Below, piece by piece: positions 63,745-64,000 of a stretch of 64,000 nt of DNA; the first letter of the stretch is position 1; every line of letters starts with the position of its first letter. The notes beneath the pieces are model-generated. The model ran no database searches. It worked only from the letters and a program-made list of their open reading frames with translations, and had not been told where the DNA came from. The stretch covers positions 2,162-66,161 of the forward strand of contig QWHN01000001.1 in the NCBI GenBank assembly GCA_021404905.1, written 5' to 3'. The translations under genes were made by a program, and so were the position numbers. This DNA is from Candidatus Saccharibacteria bacterium CPR2 (GTDB lineage Bacteria > Patescibacteriota > Saccharimonadia > Saccharimonadales > QWHN01).

Positions 63745-64000
63745 TTATTTTTTTCTAGGAGTGAGTGATGTCAAGCTTATCCTTGCTAGTGATTTTTCCA
63801 GCCCTTCTCGCTGTTTTTTAAGGTAAGTTTCGTTAATTTCAATTTTTACAACGTAGTCATCACAAACTCTTGGGATATTTACAACTCTATCTATTGTTTT
63901 AGGTATTTCATCCGGGTTACTAAGTCGTTGAAGTTCATCGTCAATATCTTTAATGCTGTCTAAAGTTCGTTGTCTGCTGGCAAATGCTTTGTTGATATCA
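63745..64000 (-). CDS. C-terminal end of an unidentified protein (runs off window edge)
   Basis: Own translation: ...DINKAFASRQRTLDSIKDIDDELQRLSNPDEIPKTIDRVVNIPRVCDDYVVKIEINETYLKKQREGLEKSLARISLTSLTPRKK*. Open to the window edge. No family recognised. Confidence 0.4.
   Translation of the reverse strand, partial: DINKAFASRQRTLDSIKDIDDELQRLSNPDEIPKTIDRVVNIPRVCDDYVVKIEINETYLKKQREGLEKSLARISLTSLTPRKK

Noticed and set aside
1-64000. CRISPR arrays, transposases, integrases, prophage or known defence operons
   Set aside because: No repeat-spacer periodicity was found; the only tandem repeats are 7-14 bp and under 40 bp in total. No ORF shows recombinase, transposase, Cas, restriction-modification or abortive-infection motifs, apart from the single Phd/Doc pair.

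Overview
AT-rich, gene-dense bacterial window with short, often overlapping genes, mostly on the minus strand. Standard genetic code: TGA is used as a stop, including in ATGA overlaps. The gene content points to a reduced-genome Patescibacteria/CPR organism, possibly Saccharibacteria; this is inference, and no rRNA is present to confirm it. That content includes RNase Y, MurA/MurB/MurJ, a secretin-less type IV pilus operon, ComEC, many small orphan membrane proteins, and seven tRNAs that all encode CCA. Housekeeping blocks: folD (partial), glyA, pyrF-pyrE, murB, murA, rny, tsaE-tsaB, recA-recX, yebC-ruvC-ruvA-ruvB, a CIRCE-controlled hrcA-grpE-dnaK-dnaJ operon, lepA, murJ, ftsH and tilS. Accessory or unusual content: (1) a family of repeats built around the ends of both tRNA-Lys genes and the tRNA-Gly trailer, including att-like duplications of each tRNA-Lys 3' end and a modular ~110-nt element with a covarying hairpin, in a 0.8-kb gene-free region next to a Phd/Doc toxin-antitoxin pair; (2) a putative DNA-uptake surface module (lamin-tail-domain protein with Cys-loop repeats, ComEC, membrane-anchored DUF1524/HNH nuclease); (3) a pilB-pilC-pilA-minor pilins-pilMNO operon with a 627-aa LamG-type tip pilin; (4) an XRE-HTH::MurA fusion; (5) a membrane-anchored double-ring Clp/Hsp100 ATPase translationally coupled to a small membrane protein; (6) a SpoU methyltransferase whose N-terminal motif lies upstream of an in-frame TGA. 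No CRISPR array, transposase, integrase or recognisable defence operon was seen.
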